In this document: positions 34,706 to 43,017 of the stretch, piece after piece
Position numbering within the stretch: position 1 is the stretch's first letter
Layout of the letters: each line of letters begins with the position of its first letter
Assembly (NCBI GenBank): GCA_035506195.1
Contig: DATJPV010000001.1
Location: 1 to 60,557, forward strand
DNA: 60,557 nt
DNA from: Patescibacteria group bacterium
Lineage (GTDB): Bacteria; Omnitrophota; Gorgyraeia; Gygaellales; Profunditerraquicolaceae
Direction: 5' to 3'
The notes under the pieces: generated by a model
Seen by the model: the letters and a program-made list of their open reading frames with translations, nothing else
Told to the model about the DNA's origin: nothing
The model's database searches: none
Translations under genes and position numbers: made by a program

Positions 34706-35674
34706 TTATCTGTCCCGGTAAAGCCGTTTCGTAAGGGATCTGCGTTTGTGCAGCGCGGCTTTCGCATATGCGCACAGAGGAATGATGCTCCTGATCAGGC
34801 GAGGCCGGAAACAGATAGCATACCCCCATACGAGCAACTCATACCACACCAGAAACGGCAGGCGCAGGCATACATCCCAGAAGGAAGCGTTCTTGATAAT
34901 GGTCAAATACCGATTCTTGATCAGGTCCGCCTGTAAACCGTCGCTCAAATACAGGCGGGCATACGGTTGACCTACGCCGCATCCGGCCCTGACCGTGGCT
35001 CCGCGCGCATGCATGGCCGTTGCCTGCGGGACATAATAGGCCTTCCATCCTTTGCGTTGCGCTCGCCAAGACATATCCAGATCCTCATAAAAAAACCGGA
35101 AAACCGGATCGCAATACGCATCCTCTGCCTCTCGTATGGAAAGAAGCGTGTGCCTTCGGTAAAAAGCGGCTGCGCCGGTTACCCCAAAAACAAACCCTGG
35201 CCGCTGAAATTGCCCTCCGTCTTTTCTGCCGTAACCTCGTTCCCGGGCCGTCCCCCAGAGACTGACATATAACCCCGTGCTATCCAGCGTGATCCCGTCC
35301 ATACGCACGATCTTACCGCTGACCATGCCCACCGCAGGATCAATCCGGAACCCCCGCAAGCCGTATTCAATGAAATGCGCATCCAGGATCACGTCGTCGT
35401 TAAGGCAAAGAATGAAATCCCCGCAACTGAGGCTAATCCCCTTGTTGAGCCCACCGCAATAAAAAAGATTGCTGGAGGCAGAATAGATAGTAGCTCCGGG
35501 GTACTGCTCGGCCATGCGTAAGGCGAAATCTTTCTTGAGGGAATTATCGATAATAACGGTCTGCAGGTGGGGGTATGTTTGCGCGTGTACGGAATCAAGG
35601 CAGGGTTTTATATACTCGTGACCTCCGCAGGTGACGACGACGACGCTGACTATTTCATTTGACGGCTTCTCCAT
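34706..35674 (-). CDS. Glycosyltransferase family 2
   Basis: VSVVVVTCGGHEYIKPCLDSVHAQTYP..TVIIDNS, followed by LNDDV (DxD-type) and a GT-A fold layout. Confidence 0.85.
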   Translation of the reverse strand: MEKPSNEIVSVVVVTCGGHEYIKPCLDSVHAQTYPHLQTVIIDNSLKKDFALRMAEQYPGATIYSASSNLFYCGGLNKGISLSCGDFILCLNDDVILDAHFIEYGLRGFRIDPAVGMVSGKIVRMDGITLDSTGLYVSLWGTARERGYGRKDGGQFQRPGFVFGVTGAAAFYRRHTLLSIREAEDAYCDPVFRFFYEDLDMSWRAQRKGWKAYYVPQATAMHARGATVRAGCGVGQPYARLYLSDGLQADLIKNRYLTIIKNASFWDVCLRLPFLVWYELLVWGYAICFRPRLIRSIIPLCAYAKAALHKRRSLTKRLYRDR

Positions 35675-35696
35675 TTTCGAATAAAATTATAGCATC

Positions 35697-36848
35697 ATGT
35701 TTATCCTATTGCTAATTCTAATTTTCGCAAGGCCCTTCATTTCCGCGATCGCCTTCCCTCAGGAAAATCTCATATACTCAACGGCCATGTTTTGCGGTAT
35801 CGCCCTTTGGTTTGCGCGCAAGGGGCTGCCCTTAAAAGACATCGCCCCGGTCGGCTGGCCGTTGGCGGCGGTCTTTTCGGCGCTGTGCGTTTCCTTTATC
35901 GCATCGGCCGACAAGCCGCTGGCACTGCAGGAGCTGCACACAAATCATTATGTAAGCGGCATGCTGCTTTTTATTTTCGCTGCCGGCCTTAGCCGAGCCC
36001 AGCAGTCACGCGTTATCTCCTGCATGCTCGCCGGCGCCCTGGCAGTAAGCATCTTGGCCATCCACCAATACTTCTTCGGCTTCAGAAGGCTTTTTGACTT
36101 TTTAATGGCGCAGGGGATTGTCGATCAGCCTTCTCTGGGATACATCATTCAGCGAAGAGTATTCTTCCCTTTTGTGACCCCCAACACCCTGGCAGGATAC
36201 CTGGCAATGATGATCCCTCTGGCGTTAACCGAAAAAAAACGGTTTTGGCTCATCATCCCCCTGTCAGTTGCCTTTATGATGACCAAATCCGTAACCGCTC
36301 TTCTAAGCATGGCGCTGGCATTGCTGGTATATCTTTTTTTAAAACCCCGCATGGACAAGAAAAAGATTATATGCGTGGTAGCGCTGCTCCTGGCGGCCGG
36401 CGCGATAATGTTTTTCGCAAGGACACAGACGACTAAAAAACATCTCCAGCCGGCTTTCTCTACGGTAGTCAGATGGCATTATTGGAAAGACACCCTGCCG
36501 ATAATCCAAAAGTCCCCGGTCACCGGCGTGGGGCTGGGTAACTTTGACCTGGAGAAATGGTCGCACTACGCCCACAACAGCTACCTCCAGGTGTGGGCGG
36601 AGACGGGCGTCATCGGGATTGCCGCATTTTTGTATCTGATTGCCCTGGTGCTGCGCGTGAGCCTGAGGGCCCTTAAAGACGCTTCCGATGCGTCTTACGG
36701 CGCCGCCCTGATCGCGGCGCATACGGCATTCCTGATCCATAACCTGATTGATTTTACTTTTTTTCTTCCCGAGGTATGCATCTTCTGGTGGCTCATTATG
36801 GGGTTATCGATATCAGGAAGGAAAGACGTCCAGGCCGGGGCTCCTTAA
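35697..36848 (+). CDS. O-antigen ligase/polymerase-like (Wzy_C domain) polytopic membrane protein
   Basis: About 10 TM segments and the Wzy_C signature WSHYAHNSYLQVWAETGVIGIAAFLYLI. This is the only plus-strand gene in the window. Confidence 0.8.
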   Translation: MFILLLILIFARPFISAIAFPQENLIYSTAMFCGIALWFARKGLPLKDIAPVGWPLAAVFSALCVSFIASADKPLALQELHTNHYVSGMLLFIFAAGLSRAQQSRVISCMLAGALAVSILAIHQYFFGFRRLFDFLMAQGIVDQPSLGYIIQRRVFFPFVTPNTLAGYLAMMIPLALTEKKRFWLIIPLSVAFMMTKSVTALLSMALALLVYLFLKPRMDKKKIICVVALLLAAGAIMFFARTQTTKKHLQPAFSTVVRWHYWKDTLPIIQKSPVTGVGLGNFDLEKWSHYAHNSYLQVWAETGVIGIAAFLYLIALVLRVSLRALKDASDASYGAALIAAHTAFLIHNLIDFTFFLPEVCIFWWLIMGLSISGRKDVQAGAP

Positions 36849-37691
36849 TGCGCGGCGCACGTAGGGGTTAGCAAAGAATAAAAATATCAACCGCCAAAAG
36901 TCATAGCAGGCATACCGTATGGCCTTCGTAAAGACGGGTATCCTTTGTTTTGCCAGAAATAGCCTCCGATTCCTCCAGGAAAGGTACTGACGCATCGGCG
37001 CGCCCGTCAAAGAGCTGTTGCCGTCGTGAAAACAAACCGCCTCCGGACAAAACAGCGCTCTCCAGCCTTTTTGCTGCGCACGGCAGGAAATATCTACGTC
37101 TTCGACTAAAAAGAAAAAGCGTTCGTCAAAATAGCCGGTAGGCTCCTTTGTGTCATTGAGCATGGCGCGCCTGTATGCTGCGGAAGCGGCACAGGCTCCG
37201 TATATATATCTGGCCTCCTTGAATGCCGCGCCGTCTAACCTGCCTCTGCCGATATCATAGAATCTCCTTAGCCCGGACAGTAAGATCCCCGCGGAATAGA
37301 TCGTTTCCTGGTCGGCATTCAATATTTTCGGCTGTAACATCCCCACCTCGCCAGGCAGGCCTGCCGCTGTATCTGCCAGGCGCATAAAAAAAGTACGCTC
37401 GAGCATGACGTCGCAATCTAGCGTCAGGATCCACTCGCCTCTGGCAACCTCGATCCCCTGGTTTCTGGCCTTGCAGGCCCCCAGATTATTCTGATTTTCG
37501 ATCAGGACAACCCCGGGGTAATGCGTCTTGATAAAATCTGCCGTTGCGTCACGGGAACCGTTATCTACCACGATAACTTCCTGACAACAGAGCTCTTGTG
37601 CGTATACCGAAACCAGGCAGCGGCGGATAAAGTGCGCGCTGTTATGCGTCACAATCACCGTCGAGATATTCAATCTTTCTGTCCTTTTCAT
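36813..37691 (-). CDS. Glycosyltransferase family 2
   Basis: ISTVIVTHNSAHFIRRCLVSVYAQ...EVIVVDNGSRD and LDCDV. The 3' end overlaps the convergent Wzy_C-like gene by 36 nt. Confidence 0.85.
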   Translation of the reverse strand: MKRTERLNISTVIVTHNSAHFIRRCLVSVYAQELCCQEVIVVDNGSRDATADFIKTHYPGVVLIENQNNLGACKARNQGIEVARGEWILTLDCDVMLERTFFMRLADTAAGLPGEVGMLQPKILNADQETIYSAGILLSGLRRFYDIGRGRLDGAAFKEARYIYGACAASAAYRRAMLNDTKEPTGYFDERFFFLVEDVDISCRAQQKGWRALFCPEAVCFHDGNSSLTGAPMRQYLSWRNRRLFLAKQRIPVFTKAIRYACYDFWRLIFLFFANPYVRRALRSPGLDVFPS

Positions 37692-37721
37692 GGGTTGCCG
37701 CGCACGCTTCCGCCGCCGGGC

Positions 37722-39779
37722 CTATTGCGTTACCCCGGCTATGACCTGCCCCTCTAGATACGCTGGTTTGGCGATGCCGAACGCCGCCAATACCGTCGGT
37801 GCAATATCGAGAATTGAGGCAGAGCGAAGATCGGCCTTTTTGTTCACGAATATCACCCCGGGTACTACTTGCGGGTCAACCAGGTGATCGCCGCTCCATT
37901 TTTTGGTATTATCTTCGATGACCGCATCCGACAGCCCTCCCAGTGCGGTTTGCCAGGAGGCGCGATAGCCGGCATTAAAACCTACGTATAGGTCCGGGCC
38001 TCCGCCGCCGGAAGCCCCCGCATATATGCGCGCGGTATCATACACCTGCCTGACCACTGCGCCTGCCGTTTTGGGGTCGCGCAATTGCAGGAGCGCTTGA
38101 GTTATCTGTTGCTTCAATGCTTGTCTGTGCGATGGATCAACGATGCCGTTGCGTTCCCGGTTGGCAAGGTTAAGGTATATTCCGCCGAACCCCAAGGCGT
38201 ACGCCTGCGTCCTTGACCAATCGATGCCCTCCAGGAACTCCGTACCCGGGCCGGTACCCTGCCTTAGAAAAAGATAGCCTTTTTCCAGAAGCCAGCGGTT
38301 CAGGTGCACGCTGCGGCGGAAAGAAGTAAAGCCGTGATCGGAAACCACCATACAGGTTGTATCCTTGGCCATGCCCCGCATGGCTTCTCCGATAATGCGG
38401 TCTATGCTCTCGTAATACCGCATGATCGTGTCTGCATAGGCGGAGTCCTTTTGGTACAGGGGGCTTTGCGGATCCTGGTAGCGCCAAAACATGTGTTGTA
38501 CCATATCTAATGTGTCGAAATAGAAAAACAGCACCCCGCCCTTAAAATCCTTCAGCGCTTCCCTGAGGATCGCCTCTCTCTGGCGCATGATGTAATCGGC
38601 CTCGGCCAGGAAGGCCTGCTCGTCAAGCTTGCCTTCGGATAAACTCCAGGTGTCATGAGGCATGCCCTGGGTATAATACAAGCCGACCTTTTGGGAAAGT
38701 TTCTTGGCGTAATCGGCAGGATAAGAAATTGCAAAAGGCGGCTCTTGGGGATCGAAATTCACCGGGCTTGCGTACAGGGCAAATTCAGAGGAGGTCTTCT
38801 TAAGATAGAACCTGACTATGCCGTGCACGCGCTTGAATATCCCGACCCTGAAAGAGACTCGCTGCCAATCGCTCCAGGCGCCCTCCTGCAGCGAAAAACG
38901 TCCCTGGCCCAGCTCTATGTCGATCTTGTTCGCCTGGGGGTGAAGCCGTATCTTCAGGGGGATCCGGCTGGCTTCTGATGAAGCCCCTCTTTTTACTGCG
39001 GGGCCGTAGAGGTCGGTCATGATGACGCCGGCCTCAGGGGCAACCCGAACGATCCTGCCCCGGCTTTGCGCATCGTTTTCGGTCAGCTCTGCGGTGGTAT
39101 AAAAAGAGAACCTCCCCATGGTCCCGGAAATGTCCGGTACCCCCATGCCGGAAAGCATCTTACCCATGACTCTTTCGGGCGGAAAAGTGTTGGGACAAAA
39201 ATACACCGAACACGGCACTCCTGCGGCGGAGAGAGTCTGCCAAAAACCATCCCCCTTCCTGCGCCTGGCGATGTGCAGGCTGCCGCCGGCACTGGAAACC
39301 TCGTTCAGGCTTAAATACAAAGAGTAATCCCGGGGGTCACGCATGACAAAATCGAATATGCCGTGACCAGCCGGATCCAGACCCGTAGCGAAACTTGACC
39401 AAACCACCGCGGTCTCGGAAGGAATAGTGGTTTTTAAGTGAGCATAACTGCCCTGCGTTTTAAGCAGGGAAAGGTTGGGGAGCCTGCCGGCCTGCATGAG
39501 CTGCTCGGTAATCGCCGGATCCATCGCATCGATGCCGAAAATGATCATTTTTTTGCTGACTGTAGGCGTATGCATGCGTATCAACCCTCCGATAAGTGCT
39601 GCGACTGCCAGGATGCACAGAAGCCAGATAAATTTTTTAAAAAAATGGAAAAACAGCCGGAAAAATAAAAGCAGGCCTCCTAACACGCCTGCGATAAGCG
39701 CCCACAAAAAAGAAGTACCCTGCACAAATACGAACCCGGAACCCGGATCGACATAATAATACCTCATAGAACTGCGCAT
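37722..39779 (-). CDS. Membrane-anchored alkaline phosphatase / type I phosphodiesterase (NPP) family protein
   Basis: N-terminal TM helices, then IIFGIDAMDPAI (metal-site Asp region), TTIPSETAVVWSSFATG and MVVSDHGF. Confidence 0.75.
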   Translation of the reverse strand: MRSSMRYYYVDPGSGFVFVQGTSFLWALIAGVLGGLLLFFRLFFHFFKKFIWLLCILAVAALIGGLIRMHTPTVSKKMIIFGIDAMDPAITEQLMQAGRLPNLSLLKTQGSYAHLKTTIPSETAVVWSSFATGLDPAGHGIFDFVMRDPRDYSLYLSLNEVSSAGGSLHIARRRKGDGFWQTLSAAGVPCSVYFCPNTFPPERVMGKMLSGMGVPDISGTMGRFSFYTTAELTENDAQSRGRIVRVAPEAGVIMTDLYGPAVKRGASSEASRIPLKIRLHPQANKIDIELGQGRFSLQEGAWSDWQRVSFRVGIFKRVHGIVRFYLKKTSSEFALYASPVNFDPQEPPFAISYPADYAKKLSQKVGLYYTQGMPHDTWSLSEGKLDEQAFLAEADYIMRQREAILREALKDFKGGVLFFYFDTLDMVQHMFWRYQDPQSPLYQKDSAYADTIMRYYESIDRIIGEAMRGMAKDTTCMVVSDHGFTSFRRSVHLNRWLLEKGYLFLRQGTGPGTEFLEGIDWSRTQAYALGFGGIYLNLANRERNGIVDPSHRQALKQQITQALLQLRDPKTAGAVVRQVYDTARIYAGASGGGGPDLYVGFNAGYRASWQTALGGLSDAVIEDNTKKWSGDHLVDPQVVPGVIFVNKKADLRSASILDIAPTVLAAFGIAKPAYLEGQVIAGVTQ

Positions 39780-40882
39780 CCTCTCTGTTGTGCCGCCGTC
39801 AAGGCCTCATACAACCGCTTGCCTAAGATTTCCAGGGAGTAGTCAGACTCTACGGTCAGGCGCGCCCTCTGCCCCATCCGCACGCATAGATCGGCATCTT
39901 CAACGAGCGTTTGCATCTTCTGCATGAACTCGTCTTTGTCTTTAGCCAGGAAGCCATTGTCTGCGTCGCGGATAATATGAACGTTTTCGCCTACGCAACT
40001 GGAAACCGTCGGCTTTGCCATAGCCATATACTCGAAAAGCTTCGTCGGGCTCTTGGCGTTATTAAACCTGTTATCGGAAAGCACGGGCATAAGCCCTATA
40101 TGGATATTCGCCAGGTACGCGGGAACCTGGCGCGGGGCAATCCAGCCCTTTACGGCGATATGGCTGTCATGGTAGCCTTCGACTATTTCCAAAAGGCTGC
40201 GGCGATGGATACCGTCACCGGCGATCTCGAAATAGATGTGGGGATAACGCTGCCTTAACAGGCTGAAGCATTGTAACGCAAAGGCTATGTTTTCGATATA
40301 TTCTTTTTTGTGGAACGTGCCGATCCAGGAAAAGATTATCTTCTGACGGTCCGGCTGATATAGGCAGGGGCAAAACAGTGCCGTATCGACTCCGGTCGGA
40401 ATATACTGCAGGCGATCCGTGAAACCGGAAAGGAAGGTTTCCAGGGACCGGCTGGCGGCGATACACAGCAGGCTGCGCCGGGCGATATGCCGGATACAAA
40501 AATGGGCTTTTGACGAAGGGTAAAACCCCAGATGATACTTCGGGTTATCCCGCATCTCCCAATCGTCGAGATCAAGGATGATCCTGCGCTTGTGCAACAG
40601 GTGCGCAGCATAAGGCGCCAGGGAGTGATAATTAAAACGCTGCATATATAACAGGGCGTCCTTATCCTTCAGGAGCACCCTGAAAGCCTTCTGGTTATAC
40701 CTGATCTTTTCAAGCATCCCCATGCGGGATTCGTCCTCCCCGTCAGGCGCTCCGAGGGTGTCCGCATAAGACAGAACCTCGGTCTGAAGACCGTACTTGT
40801 TAAGCTCTCTGGCAAAGTTATAACACCGGATCCTTGCGCCGGGCAACCTGTATCCTTCGCGAGTAATAAATATTAACTTCAC
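39764..40882 (-). CDS. Glycosyltransferase family 4 (GT-B, retaining type)
   Basis: The C-terminal half carries PTKLFEYMAMAKPTVSSCVGENVHIIRDADNGFL (E-x7-E region). The GTG start overlaps the upstream stop (GTGA). Confidence 0.85.
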   Translation of the reverse strand: MKLIFITREGYRLPGARIRCYNFARELNKYGLQTEVLSYADTLGAPDGEDESRMGMLEKIRYNQKAFRVLLKDKDALLYMQRFNYHSLAPYAAHLLHKRRIILDLDDWEMRDNPKYHLGFYPSSKAHFCIRHIARRSLLCIAASRSLETFLSGFTDRLQYIPTGVDTALFCPCLYQPDRQKIIFSWIGTFHKKEYIENIAFALQCFSLLRQRYPHIYFEIAGDGIHRRSLLEIVEGYHDSHIAVKGWIAPRQVPAYLANIHIGLMPVLSDNRFNNAKSPTKLFEYMAMAKPTVSSCVGENVHIIRDADNGFLAKDKDEFMQKMQTLVEDADLCVRMGQRARLTVESDYSLEILGKRLYEALTAAQQRGCAVL

Positions 40883-43017
40883 GGCTTCTCCTGGCGAGCC
40901 TGCAGCTGGGTAATGAACGATCCGTAAGCCAGGCCTGCGGGTTTGAGCGTTCCGTCATCATGCACGCAGACACCAAGCTCATCATCCCACCGTTCCGGCT
41001 GGGAAGCATTATTCCAGAGGCGCGCCTGCCTGGTCCACTGCCAGGGGGCAAAACCGGCGGCTCCGGCTTTTAAAAAATCTCCGAAATCTTTTTTTATCTT
41101 TTCTGACTGCCGCAACTCGTCAGTTGCACCGGAACCGGCATCGTTCCAAACCTCCTGGAATATAACCGGTTTATCGAACCTTCCGGAAAAAATGAATTCC
41201 CCGGGATGATACGTATGGATACAGCCGTAATCCAGGACATCGAGCATCCGCAGGCTTGAGTCATCGCCGAGAGTAATCAGATGCCTGTCCCCGTTGCTCC
41301 TGAGTACCCCGGCGATCTCCTGCGCCCATGCCTTCAATGCCTCCAACTCGTTATCCAGGCGCGGTTCGTTCCATAAATCCCACGTAATCCCGGGCGCTTC
41401 TTTATAACGTCTCGCCAGCAGTGTGGCGAATTCTTTCTGCACCTCCACCTTGTCCTTCCCCTTGATCCTTTCTGTGCCCTTAAGCCATCCGATCGGGTCG
41501 CCCATTTCAACGGGGACCAGAGAAAAAATATCCGCACAAAAAATCAGGCCCTGCTCCTGGCTCAATTGCACCACCGCATCCAGTATCCGCCAGGACCTTT
41601 CCGAAGGCATGGCCGTGGTATCGGCAACGTCAAAATACTCCCCCGGTTCATCCAGCCCGCAGCGCTTGAAGTAATCCCGGAACCATTTTGAATGGTGGTA
41701 ATGAATACGGATATAATTGATGCCCAGCCTGTTCATTTCCTGAAAATCGCGGCGTATCTTCAACAGGTTGGGCCGCAGCCACATCAATTCGCCGAGCGTG
41801 CTTTCATAGTAATTGACCCCTAGGATAAAAGACGGTTTCTGGCGTATCAGAAAACGGCTGCCTGTTGCCTGCAGGCCCGGCCCGTTTCTTAACAGGCGCG
41901 GGTTGATTACAACGAAGCCGTTCTCCTGCCTGTCCAGGATAGCGCCTTGCTGATATACGGTTACCCTGACGGTATAAAAATCATCTTTGAATCTGCCGGG
42001 CTGCCAATGCTGGCGCGCTATCATGGGGGGCCCTGATTTTACCGTAAGGAAACCTGTCTTGCTATATGCGATCCTTCCGGCTGTATCGAGAATCTGGAAT
42101 TCAACCTGGCAGTCTTTTTCTTCGGTTGCGGTATTGCCGATATACACCGACAGCTCAACCCTCTCTCCCTGCCGGTATGCAGCCAAATTTGTCTCCAGGC
42201 CCCAGACCGTCACTCCGGAACAAAGACGGCGCACGATCTCAACCAAGGTTTTTCTGGCGGCCGGGTCATCCGGATTCAGGGGGTGCCGTGCGCCCCTGGC
42301 CCCCAGAAGACACCATTTCTGCGGTATGGCGCCAGCCTTCCCCACATAAGGATTTTGCCAGCTTTTAACCACGACCCCCGGCCATTTCTCTTTCGTTATA
42401 CCGGCATCCTTCAAAGAATAGAAGTCCCTGGCAGGGGTCCTGTAGGGGAAGACGTTGCCGGCCGTAGGCTGTACAGGGGTCAAGCCAAGGCTGGTCGTTA
42501 CGCTTAAACCGATGCCTGCGTTATCTGGGGATTCATAATACTTGATGCCCAGCGGCGCCAGGAAATTGCCGTAAGGATCATCGATGGGCTGCGCCTCCCA
42601 TACGCCTCCGTTTTTACGCATGGGTGCCCAGAAAGGCCTTCCCGCCAAATGCAAAAATCCGCCCCCCTGGAATAGATATGCCTTTATGGCATCAAAAGCC
42701 TGATAAGGAAAGGACTCTCCATAAGGCAGCACAAGCAGCTCGAAATTCCCCGGGCGTAAATATGTGCGATCGCTTAGCTGCGCGGCATCTATATACGTAA
42801 CCGAAAATCGCTCCGAGAGACAGGCATATAACCACTCCGGGGTGACTCCCGGAGGCAGGCCGACCGCAGGGAAACCGTTCTCTTTAAAAAGTGCGATCCT
42901 GCATTGTCTTTCTGCGGGTCGCGATGCTTCTTGCGCATATGCACCGTGCCCGGGAAGGCAACATGATATGACAAGCGCCAGCATTGTTGACCGCAATGCC
43001 TCCGGGATTGGCCTCAT
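40879..43017 (-). CDS. Secreted multidomain glycoside hydrolase, clan GH-A (GH5-like TIM barrel)
   Basis: Signal-peptide-like N-terminus (LALVISCCLPGHGAYAQ). The C-terminal barrel carries GINYIRIHYHHS, ITWDLWNEP (acid/base NEP) and VIFQEVWND (candidate nucleophile Glu). The N-terminal ~250-aa module is unassigned. Confidence 0.6.
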   Translation of the reverse strand: MRPIPEALRSTMLALVISCCLPGHGAYAQEASRPAERQCRIALFKENGFPAVGLPPGVTPEWLYACLSERFSVTYIDAAQLSDRTYLRPGNFELLVLPYGESFPYQAFDAIKAYLFQGGGFLHLAGRPFWAPMRKNGGVWEAQPIDDPYGNFLAPLGIKYYESPDNAGIGLSVTTSLGLTPVQPTAGNVFPYRTPARDFYSLKDAGITKEKWPGVVVKSWQNPYVGKAGAIPQKWCLLGARGARHPLNPDDPAARKTLVEIVRRLCSGVTVWGLETNLAAYRQGERVELSVYIGNTATEEKDCQVEFQILDTAGRIAYSKTGFLTVKSGPPMIARQHWQPGRFKDDFYTVRVTVYQQGAILDRQENGFVVINPRLLRNGPGLQATGSRFLIRQKPSFILGVNYYESTLGELMWLRPNLLKIRRDFQEMNRLGINYIRIHYHHSKWFRDYFKRCGLDEPGEYFDVADTTAMPSERSWRILDAVVQLSQEQGLIFCADIFSLVPVEMGDPIGWLKGTERIKGKDKVEVQKEFATLLARRYKEAPGITWDLWNEPRLDNELEALKAWAQEIAGVLRSNGDRHLITLGDDSSLRMLDVLDYGCIHTYHPGEFIFSGRFDKPVIFQEVWNDAGSGATDELRQSEKIKKDFGDFLKAGAAGFAPWQWTRQARLWNNASQPERWDDELGVCVHDDGTLKPAGLAYGSFITQLQARQEKP

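Noticed and set aside
34546-34767. 73-aa minus-strand ORF in the track spanning the GT2 3' end and the AT-rich leader.
   Set aside because: It overlaps the GT2 coding end out of frame. It is Lys-rich and low-complexity, driven by AT-rich sequence. It also has no RBS and no recognisable motif.
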